From Podarcis liolepis (Eukaryota): a stretch of DNA of 64,000 nt. This document shows, piece by piece, positions 34,659-47,530 of this stretch. The stretch is taken from the NCBI GenBank assembly GCA_965112155.1, contig OZ218111.1, one strand, 5' to 3'. The number at the start of each line of letters is the position of its first letter. Position 1 is the stretch's first letter. A program made the position numbers and the translations under genes. The notes beneath the pieces were generated by a model, which saw nothing but the letters and a program-made list of their open reading frames with translations, was not told where the DNA came from and did no database searches.

Positions 34659-36899
34659 GTATATGCATACTACAAAATGATGCCAACAATTAATTAATTC
34701 TTTCCTGTTTGTAATGCTGGGGGACCAAATTTGGAAATGCAATCTGTATGTAAACATACAAAACAAGCAAAGAATAAAATATAATATTCCATAAACTCCA
34801 AGGCACTGGCAAGCTAGGCAGGGTGCTCAGTAAAACCTTTTTTCTGTATGTTCCTGTCTGGGGGGAGAATAGGTTACAGGGAATTTATGCCCTTATTTTT
34901 TTCCTCAAGATCTGAGCAATTTCTGAATTCTAAAGATTAAACTGCCTTATATGTTAAAACATTCCATTTCCCTCTATAAATAATATTTGGGTCAAAGACA
35001 ATACTAGTTCAATTCTTCATTCCAAAGAATTAAGCTCCCCATTTCTGTGTTTCCGGGATAGCATAGATGGAAGAAGATATTGCTGCACAACATTATTATT
35101 TGGTTTCAGTTGTAAAGTGGTCTAAAAGATGTGATCTATATTTAATTACTTAGCTAGTCTTCCACTGTCTCACAGAATGTGTATGTATGAAAGCAGATAT
35201 CCATTGCCAAATAAAAAGTCAATATCCCCAAGAATTATGTTTTTGGCACAAATATAAGATGTCTAATAAGAGCAGGAAAATCTATATGTGTATAGGATTT
35301 CTACAGCCATAGGATAATAATAGCAGCTGTCAAATCAACTTAAAGTTATCCCCCTGGAATATTAAAAAGCAAATAGCAGATTTCTTTCAATGTATTCTGC
35401 AAAGAGAACCATATACTATAAAGACTGAGAAATATTACATATAATAAAATATGATCTTAAAGATCTTTGATTATAATTCAGCACAGAAAACAGCACCACT
35501 TTGGTATTAACATGTGAACAGTGTTTAATGTCTTTTAAATGGTTCAATATTGTAATGTATGCTGATGACACCAGAGTTTCACTCTTATTCTGAAACCAAC
35601 TGCTGCCGCTCATCAATTTAGTCTCACAAAATAAATGAATGCTTAAATGACACTTCTGTCAAATGAAAAAGAAAACCCTGCAAAACAGCTTTTCCATGCA
35701 CTCAAGTTAAAAAAAAATCATGTTGTTGCTGTTTTTCCCCTCTCCTTCTTTGACAAGTGGCTCTTGCGTTGAAATGAAAACAGGCCAAACTTGGTCAATA
35801 TTATGGATTACATATAAGAAAAAGAACCTTGGACCTTACTAATATCAAGGAGCAGAAAGCAACAGCTTCAATTAAAACCAGCCAATTATTCAGCCCTTTA
35901 AGATGCAGCAAATAAATGAATTGCTTTTAAATGGAAGTCCTTGGATGAAGAGCTCTTTGACCCACAATTCAATTGCACTAGCAGGAATCATAATGAAGGA
36001 GGAATTTGCTGAAACAAAATATTTTTTTCTCCCCTGGAAGGGGAAAAAAGGCTTTTGAATGAGTAACCGAAATGCATTTACAAATATTCTCCATTGCAAC
36101 AGGGAGAGAAGGGCTAGATTATAAAGGGGGGTGGGTCACCTTGAGCTTTGTTTACAAATTACTTTTCCGCTGGCTGAATTCTTACCTCACCACATGCCTC
36201 CCTGTGGCTCCCTTTCATTTGGCAATTCCAGGCAGACTTACACCGCTATCTAGAAGCTGAGGGTGCAGAAGCCCTTCCCAAGAATATCAGAGCCTGCAGA
36301 CTCCTCTCTGATAATCACAAGACTGTGTCCAACAATGCAGTGAGTGAGGAAGATGGCACTCTCTCTAGACACACTGGAGCACCTGTGGGGCTTGGTAGTG
36401 GAGCAAGAAATGCTGTGGCCCTCCTGGAGGGAGAAACACAGTTCATCAAGTTGATTCCCCCCTACTCTAAGTGCCTCTCATAAATGAAAGGCAACAACTC
36501 ATGGCATTTCATCCAAGAGACACCCTCAATGGCAACTGGGAAGAGAGAGGTGGCCAACAAGGATTGGACAGGCACTGCTGAACCAAAGGAAAGTTACGAC
36601 TTTCCCACAAAGTTTTTGCTTCTTATCTTCTGCTATATACTCTCATGCAGTGTGCACCTATTGATGACACGTCAAGGGTAAAAACTAAAACTAATATTTA
36701 TATCCCTACCTTCTCTTTCCACAAAGCTGGGGATGCCTAAGGCAGCTAACCACTAAGGCAGTTAGCAATTTTAGGAATATTAATTAGTTAAGTCAAAATG
36801 ATTCAAAGATAAATAAATACACAGCAAATATTGTGAGTTTCAAATGCCTTGAGGTTTGCTGACCTTAGCAAAATGATGCCACAGAGTGACAGGGTAATA

Positions 36900-37117
36900 C
36901 AGTAAGTCTACAACTTATGCAGAGGTTGCGTTCCGGGGATCACGCCTAAAGCCAAAATTGTGTCTAGTCGAAACCCGTTGTGTTCAAAACCTGTTGTGCC
37001 AAAGTCATTTTCCTGGAACCCCGCCCCCTTTCTGCCCCTTAAAAAAAAATTTTTTTTTGCCCTTTCATAAAGCTGATTGTGCACAAGTTAAATGTGCAGA
37101 AGTGATGGGCTTGCTTG
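36900..37117. mobile_element. Degraded Tigger-like MITE
   Basis: ta|cagtaagtctacaacttatgc...gcagaagtgatgggcttgcttg|ta, weak TIRs. Confidence 0.5.
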
Positions 37118-37889
37118 TATACAAAATTAGGCAAAAACAGTTGCCCCAATCCAGTGACTGTCCATGTATAGAGGACAGAATACTAAACTCATTAGGAAGG
37201 GCTGCTACCTAACTGCATCCTTCTGTGAATATTTTGTGCCTGTCTAGAGATGCTCTCACCTCTGAACAGCTTTGCCGAAACACCAGAACCCATATGGGGT
37301 ATTGGATCAGGGTAACTCATGAGAACTGATCCAATGCAGGATTTTTACCTCACCCCACCCCCATTAATAATGTTTTGGACTGCTGCCTTCCTTTATAAAA
37401 TCAACCCAAAAGAAGAGCATGTTCAATCTTGCTCTTTAACATTCTCTATTATTCACTTTTGTTTCCATCGCGCTGGGTGCCTCTACCCGGAGAGAAGCAA
37501 TATGTCATCATTTTGTTGAGCTAACTGGCCTAACAGTCTTGTCCCTTTGAGTTAGGAACAAGACAGCAACACTTCATCAAACCGTTGGCAAAAGCCAGGC
37601 AGGAAAGGGCTGGCAGAAGAAATGGGAAGCAGCCAAGTTTTCAAATCTGGTGACTTGATTAGCCATTATAGAAAAGGGAAAAAACATGTTGGCCCCCAAA
37701 GTTGTCCCCTTTTGAACAGAAAGCTCCCACTAAATATCACCTCCATCAGTCTCACCGTTGCAGTTTTGTAATAACCCGTTTCAGCGCTTGCTAGGTGAAC
37801 ATTTGTTGAAAAGGCATCTTCGCCACTTGCCACTACTGCCTCCTCTTTTTGGGGTTTCCTCTCCCCCTCCCCTCCCCTCCTTATCATAC

Positions 37890-38215
37890 TCCTTATTTGA
37901 AACAGATTTTTAACAGATAATCTTGCTCGTTATAACAATATCTCGCTTGCATTTTATTCAAATAATTCTTAAAAACAGCTTTAAAAGCCGTTTGGAATAA
38001 ACATCAAGCTCACCATCAATCAAAGGCAAAAAAAAATTCTGCTGGCGGTTGTATAAACATCAGATCAACTCACTGATGTCTTCAAGGATTTCAGACTGAA
38101 CCATAAAAAACTCCATTAACTTCTGACAAAGAATGCAAATTAATCGCAACATGGGGTGAGATGAAATTAAAGGCTCTTTTCTAATCAATGACAAGGCAGG
38201 ATGAAATATTTACTC
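37890..38215. promoter_or_regulatory. Candidate enhancer with PBX-HOX, TCF/LEF, octamer and TGACA sites
   Basis: ccatcaatca (=TGATTGATGG) 38013-38022 overlapping atcaaag; atgcaaat 38133-38140; tgacaa near 38124 and 38189. Confidence 0.5.
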
Positions 38216-40584
38216 CTCTCTCTCTCTCTCCTCCCTCCCTCCCACCTCCAACGCTTGCCTGTGTTCAGGGTTGCATTCCTCAAGCCAAGCCCAAACAGAA
38301 GGTGAGTGCACAAACTTGGCCACATCAAGAACTGCTTAGATCCTCTCAGCCCTAAAGTAATCTGCTTGCAAGTTGCACAGATTCAACACGCACACGTGTG
38401 CACACACACACACACTCCAAATCTCAGGTGCGACCAATTTGTTATTCACACTCTCCTGTGCCAGTGAAAAGGGGTGGGGGTGGGGGTGGGGGGAGAGGAG
38501 AAAGAAGGCTGGCACAGACAGATGCACCAGGAACCTGAAATGACAGTTCTGCCCTCCGGAAGCACGATCACTACAGAAAAATCTAGTACAGCCTCCAGGT
38601 GAAATGTCTGGTGCTCCATATGGAGCAGAGAAAATTAACAACAAGATGGAAATCTCACAAGCAGCAGGGAGCTGGATTTTTTTGAGGGGGGAGGGGGGGA
38701 AATGAAATTTAAAGATGAAGAAGGAGAAGTAATAAATTAATGGGGTGTGAAAACATTCAAAGCTTTACAATACCAGGGGCACTATTTGCTCAGATTTTTA
38801 TTTTTTTTAGAATAGGAGGGGGGGAGCACCCCCTTCCAAACTTCAAGTCATTTTGATGTAATTTATTAACAAAGATCTGCAAGTGTATCCAAAAATAGGT
38901 AAAAGGGGTTTTAGCCAGATCCAGGAGGACTAGTTTAAATACATTTCTCAGAATCCTTCAGTTTTCAAGTGTTGCCTTAAAACACTTTTGCAATGGACTT
39001 CTCCTTGCTGCCCCTAACTTGGAACACGAGCAGTGACTACTTGACAGTGGCAACTGCCTGCATTTCTCTGCATTTTTGTACTGTTAAGCATGTCTCTGCC
39101 TTCTGTTTAAATCAGGGCAAGCTGAGTATCTGGAAGAAGAAACTGTACTGCACTGTATTTCAGTTCGACAATTCTTTCCACACAGAATCAGAAAATGCCT
39201 CCAAATCAGCATTAAGGTATTTAGAACTTTTTAAAGACTCACAGATATACACAAACATACATCTAAATGCAGTTGTTGTTGGTTTTTTTGGGGGGACGAC
39301 TAACTTGGAAGAAAGTATTTTGGTTTAATGTTTGAACTCACAGAAAAAGTCATTTATTGTCATGGAGTGTTGGCTTAAAGTCATGAACTTCACCCCAGTT
39401 TTTGTAGATATTTATACATACATCAAGATAAGAACATTCCTTTAAATTATTTCTTTTGATAGAAAATACCTCAGGCTTTGAAAAGGATTTCATGTTTCTA
39501 AGAGATTTTACTCTATAGCTTCTTAGAGATTTCTGCCCCCTAAACAGCAAATAAGTGGTTATCATCACAATAGTAAGTTAATAAAAACATTAAGTGAATC
39601 AAGAATTTGCTGGATTGATCAAACCCGAGAGTTTGTTTGTGTAAACACCTGGTAACAGCAGTGCCTGGTCTAATTATCACAATATTTAAATGTTTTCTCT
39701 GCAAATTGACACATTTGCAAGTGATCTGCAAATGAAAAACACAAATAACATTCACCATTCATCAAAACCAAAGTCCTGAAAGCACTTACAAGCTTCTCAT
39801 GTGACTTGCATAAGCAGTTGTTTCGCATCTATAAGAATATTGTACATAAGATAAAAAATATTCAGTAGGAAACACTCACTAGGAAACTTTTTTTTTTTTT
39901 TTTTGCAAGTCCCCTGTTGAAACCAGCAGGAGCTGTTCCACATTTCGCACAGGCTGTTATGCCTCCAGGTGTTTTGCTTTCAGTGAAGGAAGACAAGATT
40001 CCCAATTTACAATGTCCATACTGATCCCAAAATGCCTCTCAGTCCTCCTGCCCCAATCTGGGAGGAACTGAGAAGACAACACATACACACAATGCAACAA
40101 AATATAGCAGAAGGATATATGGCCTGAAAGCATGATGGCCTGAAAAAATGGTGACAAGGAATGGCTGACCTTATAGATAACCCATAGTGGAATTTCTGCA
40201 AAGTCAGGAATTTAAGCAGGGATGACCAGCATTATTGGTCTGGGGGGCCAATTCTGCTTCTTTGAGTGAAATGTTTCAGTGGCTTACACTAACCCAGAAG
40301 GCAGAATTCAAATGATTTGAAGGCAATCTTGGGAGTCAGAAATATATGCTGATATGTTGAAACAACTATGTTGTTTGTCAGAGGGGGTTAACTTAGGAAT
40401 TACTTATAATGACTATCAAAATGCATTAGTGGAAGGGTGAAACAGGCAAATATGTTCCATGCTTCCTCCATGATCAACTGATTTTCGTACGTTTTCATGT
40501 TAACCACTTTTTGCTATGCACCTGCAACAAATACACTTCTGAACATTCATTCCTCCCCCACAGCTGTTTCTACATATATATTTA

Positions 40585-40753
40585 CCATATTTTTCGCTCT
40601 ATAACACGCACCCGACCATAACATGCACATAGTTTTTAGAGGAGGAAAATCCGTAGGCATGCCACCCGTAGGCATTCCCTCCATAACACGCACAGACATT
40701 TCCCCTTACTTTCTAGGAGGAAAAAAGTGAGTGTTATGGTGCAAAAAATACGG
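40585..40753. mobile_element. Tc1/mariner/pogo-type MITE with TA TSD
   Basis: ta|ccatatttttcgctctataacac ... gtgttatggtgcaaaaaatacgg|ta. Confidence 0.85.
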
Positions 40754-43491
40754 TATTTCTGGAGACTATTTCTGAGATAGCTGGGCATCTAGCTGACATA
40801 ATGTGCACAGCAACTTGCTTTCCCCGGCACCCTCCCTGCGAATTGCTGCACCATGGGCTGGGTTTGGGTCCACAGGATCATACTTCATGTTGCTATGGTT
40901 AGGCGAGATGTAGCTTTGCTGCATGATTTGCTCCAGGATCAGACCACCACCTGTTTAAATATTTCTCGGCCACCACCAGTTTAAGAAGAAGAACAGATGG
41001 TGCATCTGCTGACTCTTTTAAAGTCCATAAAATGGTTAAGAAGAAGTTGTTGTTGTTGGTTTTTTAAAAAGTAAATAAGTGCTCCTAAACACAAGGAAAA
41101 GACAAAATCTCTTTCTATTATTCAATAACCACGGTGGTGAGGCATCTGCATAATCTAACCATGCATAAATTAGAATGTGTTATTTGCATAATAATAGCAA
41201 GTTAATAGATGCTTAAAGAGCACAGACCAACACCAGCTTTAAATCAGACATGCCTCCAGGCACTTTGGCCTGTATCAACCAAGACTTTAGGAAAAATGGG
41301 TACAATCCACCAGGGAATGGGTCCTGCACGTGGATCACTAAAATGACTCAGAGCTGTGTAAGAGATCCCAACTGATTGCACACAGCCCCCATCCATTTTG
41401 ATGCAGAATATACAGGTGATGTTGTGGGTGATTTCTACCCCATGCCCATGAAACAAAAAAAGCCAAAATAAATAAATAATTAAAAATGAGGAAGAACACT
41501 CCAAATAACTCATATTGCTGCATGGGCATAATTCTTCAAGGACAAGGACATAATCCTTCAACACTTTTCCAGCAAGAATAACAGCAGGTCTTCCTCCCAC
41601 ACCTTGAACTCCTGTCATCCATTTGTCATGACAGGTATTTGCAAAGAAATACAGCCAGAAAGGGACAGCTGACTAGCGTACTGGAGCCTTTCTCTTCTCC
41701 TTTTGATATTTTTATAGAGTATATTCAACAAGCGTATACGCTATGGGGGGGGGGAGCGGCGGCTCACAGCTTCTCAAACAGCTGTGCCTTAACAATAGTT
41801 TCCAGGGAAGTCTAAGGATATTTCCCGCCTGAGTTCAGGTGTTGTATTATTGGTTTTGACTCAAGTTAAGATAATAGAATTGTAGAGTTAGAAGGGAGGG
41901 ACCCTGAGGGTCTTCTAGTCCAAGACAAGAGAGGAGATCTTGGTTTGGGGACATAAGAAAGTAGCAGGGTGGTAGGTTCTACCATTTAGTAAGCAACCAA
42001 GGCCTGGTTCTCGTTGAAGTGGAAAATCTGAATACTCTTCTATCCAAAAAATTTCCTCCCCATTAAGCAAACAAACCTACATGGAAAGACTAGACCCTTT
42101 GTCTTCAACATCTCCCAGACATGCTGCATTCTATGTAAACTGAACAGAAGAGCAGGCACCCCCCCCCATGTCTGTAGTCTGATATGGTTCAGGACTGACA
42201 TAGTTTTACCACCCCAAAGAACAAGGCCCCAGATGTATTGGCAGGTCAAAAAAGGGTAGGTTCACCAGATTTTTCCAGCACCAAGTGAAAACTTTTTAGA
42301 CACTCCATGTTGGACATACACAGAGTTATGAATGGCTCAACACATAGTGAATCATAGTATCACCAAAGCCCTTTTAAACAAATCAACTTCTGAACAAGGG
42401 TTAGTCAGCAACACGCTGATGGGTTGAATGCTTCAGAAATACACATAGCATGTAGGTATTTGCATTATACTCATACAACATTGCACATCAATAGTCAGAT
42501 GAGCCTTAGGCACAGGTCTTATGATCTATGTGGAGAAGAGCTCCTTTTTCAGATCACTTTGTGATTGCTAAGACATCACCTTTTTTCACCTGCGGCACAG
42601 GCAGCAATATGATCACTCTGCTTATTTATCTTATTAGATGTCTTATCAGCCCTTCACCACAAGGTCCTAGAGTGGGTCACCACAATAAAATACACAATAA
42701 TAAAACTAATATATAACATAATTAATGTAATAATATAATACAATAAAATATAACAGTTACAAGTATAAAACAAGGAATGTGTAAAACCTATTGAAACCAG
42801 TTCCAATGCAGATGCGGACTGGCGTGAAGACTGCCACTTAAAAAGAGGTTTACACTGAATTTTTTTCTCACATGAATTGCTAACGTGCAGGAACATCTCC
42901 ACTACCTAAATATCAGAAGGCAATATGACCAGGAGTCTGGCTCTCAGTCACTAGCCTACCTGGACAGTGGCCATTAGCCTAGTTGTTGGGGTTCATCTGG
43001 CATCAGTAATTGCCATAGACAATTGCTGGGATTAGTATTGCATTAGCAGCAGTATCCCTTTCCCAACAGCATGTTGCAATTTACTTAAAATAAACTCATA
43101 CTTTTAAAGATCCCAGCTTCAGTCAACACTTCCCCCGCCCTGTATCAAGTCAGTTTAACCACAGACACCCCACATCTCCCCCCCCATTAAGATTTGCATT
43201 TAAAAGTTCTAATCATTCTGTCCAAAAAACTGGAGTGATGCAAGGCTTTATACCCCCCACTCCACAACACATTGCTGAACTCATTTAATAGCCTCAAATA
43301 TGTCAAATAAACTTGGAGTTTAAAAACAGAATGAGATCAATGGCAGTTTTGGACAATTCTGCAGATATTACTGTTAGATTTAACAGGGCAGATTTATATG
43401 AACCTGGTTGCAAGGCTCACAATCGCTCTCTGCAACTTCATACATAGGAATGAACGCCACAGTGGCAGTCAGTGATAATGAACATTCTTAC

Positions 43492-43521
43492 CTGAGGATA
43501 CGGGAACCTCCCGAGAGCAAG
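43492..43521 (-). CDS. MAP2K5: MAP2K5 30-nt micro-exon (human exon ~17), LALGRFPYPQ
   Basis: tttcctttcccag|CTTGCTCTCGGGAGGTTCCCGTATCCTCAG|gtaaga; ctaac branch-like motif ~30 nt upstream. Confidence 0.95.
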
Positions 43522-43911
43522 CTGGGAAAGGAAATAATATTTGTCTAGTTAGAGAGATTTGCATTAGGGGTTGAGGAAAAGGAGGGGGGGAAGAGAGAGG
43601 AAGAAGAGGGGGAGAATAACTAAAAAAATCAGTACAGCATTGCATGTAAAATGGACAGAGATAGAACGAGGAGACGCTGAAGCAAAAATAACCTCTAAAC
43701 ATGGAGAACAGCTATATTTAGAACAGACAATCACACAGAAGAAGAGGTCTGTTAATACATCTGGCGGCCTACCCACCCACCAACCCTGCCCACCTCTGAT
43801 ACCCCCAATCCTAATTCAATGTATTTAGATGAAGAGAGAAAACAGTGTGAAGAGAATAGTATGGAGAAAGCACCCAAGACGCCAGAGTATGGACGCTGGT
43901 CATATTCTCAC

Positions 43912-44133
43912 AATACATTGAAACATCATTGTCCCACTTTAACAGCCATGGCTCCCACCCCCCACTCAAAATGAATGATTCCTGTGCACTATAGTTTGTT
44001 AAGGGTGCTGGGAATTGTAGCTGTGAGTGGGGGCTCTCCTAACAATTCTCAGTAATGCTAACAAACTGGCCCTCCCAGGATTCTTTGGGGGAAGTCATGA
44101 CTGTTAAAGTGGGACAATAATGCTTTAAATGTA
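43912..44133. mobile_element. Palindromic MITE-like repeat
   Basis: atacattgaaacatcattgtcccactttaacagccatg / catgactgttaaagtgggacaataatgctttaaatgtat terminal inverted arms. Confidence 0.7.
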
Positions 44134-46460
44134 TCATGTTGATGTGAAGAGTGTCAAGAGCGGAAGCTGTAACTGAGGCCCTTTCTGGTTTTGAAATGCA
44201 ACCCTCATGAGACCACAGCATCGTGTTCCACTTTAACCAACAAGGAAGGAGCACCAGCCTTTGGGTCTCTGCCCACTGTAGGTAACATGGATTAAAATCT
44301 TCACGTCATTCATAAGCCACGGGGAAGAGTTTGTCGTTCCACCATGGCTCTAAGGATTGAAGGGCCCTTAAATGGTGTCAAAGGGTACCAAATCCAAGAG
44401 AAGTGATTGCTCCCTCCCTGTGGGCCACTCAGGCACAGCCCAGTTCTGTGAGGCTCTGAGTCTTTTCGGTCCTTTCAGAGGCCATACGTTGTCACTCCAA
44501 AAAGGATGCACAAGGCCCAGAGCAGCTCATGCAGCTCCTCCGCCCAGGCCTCACCATTCCAAGCCAGGGTGGTTTTGACTCCTCATTTTTCACAACAAAA
44601 TACTTCACTGATGCTCTTCCACAGATGCTCACTGGGTTTGTGTAGAGTAGCAGTTAGGGTGTTGGATGTGGGAAAGCACATACAGTCCATTAGATGGCTT
44701 TGGCAAAACCACTCTTTTTCTAGATTGCCTTAAAGGGTTGTTTTAAAAGAGGAAGCATACTACGTTGCAGTCTGCACTAATCCTTTGGATACATGGCGAG
44801 TAAGAATTCAAAACCAGCACCCTCATAAAAATGATATTTTTGGTCTAAAACTTGCTTGCCAGAAGAGTGAACATGCCTGCACACAAAATGCAGTTCAACA
44901 TCCAGCACAAAAGCAAGACCTTTATATGTTATGCAAATTAATACAAAAGAGGCATGCTTATACAAATTAAGCACATTTATGCAAATATAATTTATTTTGA
45001 ATACAGAATTGGGTTTCATCAGTATAGAAATTGTTATTTTTGCATATAGAATGCAAACAAGTCTTGACTATAATTTATTTATTTTAAACACAAGCCCCTC
45101 TGTTGGGATTTGCTTCAACTGTGAAGAGGGAGCAGCACCCAAGCAGCAAGAAACCCAATTCAAGAACCATTGTTCTACTGGGCTAAGCAGAGTCCTCCCC
45201 CCTCTCCAAGATTGTCAAGGTATTATAAATTAAGAAACTCACAAAAGAGCCTGTAATCTTCCCCGAAATAGCCTGCAGATATGTCACTGTACTAAATGTG
45301 TTTCAGATTTAATGAAGCTTTAATGTCCTTTTTAATTTTGCCTGTTTCAGTATCACCAGGGGTCGAGCAAGGCAATCAGCACTCAAGAGGATGGTTTGGT
45401 TTAAAACTAGGAAAAAACTCATTTGCTTATGAGTTGCACTGTATTTTCTTAATTAAATTTACTGAGTAAAATGGTTTTAAGTTCAACCAACCAATGACCT
45501 CTGTATGTAGATTTAGATTTATAAATAGGCCAACAGCTAAAGCATAGAAGCCAAAAAACACACAAAACAAAACCCAACCATGAAAACAAACAGATTAGGG
45601 CTTTGCCAACAGGAGAATTGCCTCCATACAACAGAAGCCATTTGGACATAAAATGATATATAATCCCGAGAGGAAAATTGAAAAGATAAAAGCACACAAC
45701 TTAAGACAGTCAATCAGAAAAGTCAACCCGTTCCATCGCAGTTTTGGGAACATATTCCCATTAGCCCTCTTAGCTTTTGAATCCTCCCGGCTTGACAAGT
45801 TAATAGATCGGTGCCTCAACACAGTGGAACCCTCCTTATTTGAATCTCGATTATCCAACACGCTTGCTTATTTAAATTCATCACCTACTACATTTTCATC
45901 CAAAATGTCACTTCTGAACACACTGGCTTCCCATAGCTCCTCCTTGCAGCAGCCACATGCTCAAGATGGTCCTATGAAGAGGTCTAGACTGCACATTCTG
46001 TGGATTATGCAGAAAAGTAAAGGACACATTTGACAAATTGCCAAGCATTCCCTGCAAAGGACAAACAAAACAAAACCAAGCCCTGCCTTAGTAATTTTAT
46101 TCCTGAAATGCAAGACCCCTGAGCATGCTGAGCCGAGACAAATCTTGGAGTTATGGAAAGCGGGCAGTGACCAAGTGAGCTCTGTAGACGCAAGTACATT
46201 TCTAACAGCCCTAAAACATATGCAACGGGTAGGAGATTAAATTTTGCCATCCTCAAGCTGCTACACCACAGTATCTGATCCACTGCAATGTCACAGTGGC
46301 TCTGAGGTACCACTCCTGTGCAGTTCCAGCATGCTCTCCAATGTACCAGAAGATCCACCTCTTAACAATATGATCAGCTTCCTTGTCACCCCCATCACCC
46401 AAATATGACCACCCCTAAGCCATCTCTTATGCAGCTAGGGCTGCCCTGCCCATCTTGCAA

Positions 46461-46640
46461 AGGAGCTATGCTCAGTAGTGGAGCATGTGATTTGCATGCA
46501 TAAGGCCTCAGATTCAACCACTTGCACTCGCTGATGGGTGGCAGGGCCGGAAAAGATCTCTCTCAACCTAACTCCTTGGAGAGCCAACACCAGTGGGAAT
46601 AGACAGCACTGGGCTGATTCTGTATAAGGCAGCTTCTAAG
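46461..46640 (+). mobile_element. Squam2-like tRNA-derived SINE
   Basis: gctatgctcagtagtggagcatgtgatttgcatgcataaggcctcagattcaa...tataaggcagcttc. Confidence 0.65.
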
Positions 46641-46796
46641 ATTCAAATGCATCTCTAAATCAGGACATGATGCCTCAGTGACTTGCTAGGAGAACTGAAT
46701 GAGAAAGATAAGTGTGAAGTTGTTTGTTATGTCCATGATTAAGAATAGTGAAAGGAGGTAACACTAAAAGCTTTAACATTCACAGAATAGTATAAA

Positions 46797-46932
46797 CCAA
46801 GGATGGGGCACCTGTCCCCCCGCCAGCCCAGTAGCTGTTGGACTCCAACCCACATCAGTCCCAGGCAACATCGCCAATGGTCACAGATGATGGGACTGTA
46901 GTCCAACAACAGATGGAAGGCCACACCCCTGG
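46797..46932. mobile_element. Palindromic MITE-like repeat (ggactacaactcccatca family)
   Basis: gctgttggactccaacccacatca...gatgatgggactgtagtccaacaac. Confidence 0.65.
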
Positions 46933-47342
46933 TATAATAGGTACCTCATGCTGCTTTTCAGTGGTGACTTCCTATTTACACAAAGCTTGGTGAGGTGTAT
47001 CTGTCTCCATCAGTACTGAATTTTACAAAGAACTTGAAAACATTCTTCTTTACCCAGGCATGTGATGTCTGAAGGATACTGTTCCTGGCAACCCTGAGAT
47101 CACTGGATGAGATCATGTTTTTAACTGGTTTTTGACTGTTTTAACTGTAACTGCTTTTAGAATGCTTTTTTTTAATAAAAAAATTGCTGTGGATTTCTTC
47201 AGGAGGGGTCAAATCAGAATACACATCTTTCCATCCTACCATGAAACTTTCAACATACCTTCAGTTATAGCGACCTTCCAAGGTGCATTTGGCTGCTGGG
47301 GGAAGGCACAGACTGAGGGGCACTTAGAGGAACACATGCAAC

Positions 47343-47530
47343 AGCAGTTCAGTGTTAGAGAACACATTTTGCATTTCACGAAGAGCTAAGTTCAATCTCC
47401 AGCATCCTAGGGAAGCATGGCCGAGAAAGACGTGCCTCAGCTTGACACTCTGGAGAGGTGTGGCTGGTGGAGGAGACAATGCTGAACTGGATGGACCAAT
47501 GATCTGACGCAATATAAGGTAGCTTCATAC
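47343..47530 (+). mobile_element. Squam2-like tRNA-derived SINE
   Basis: agttcagtgttagagaac...gacaatgctgaactggatggaccaatgatctgacgcaatataaggtagcttcat. Confidence 0.65.

Noticed and set aside
44880-45050. Octamer (ATGCAAAT) cluster as an enhancer; similar at 60388-60450
   Set aside because: It resembles AT-rich interiors of old squamate DNA transposons and cannot be distinguished without a repeat search
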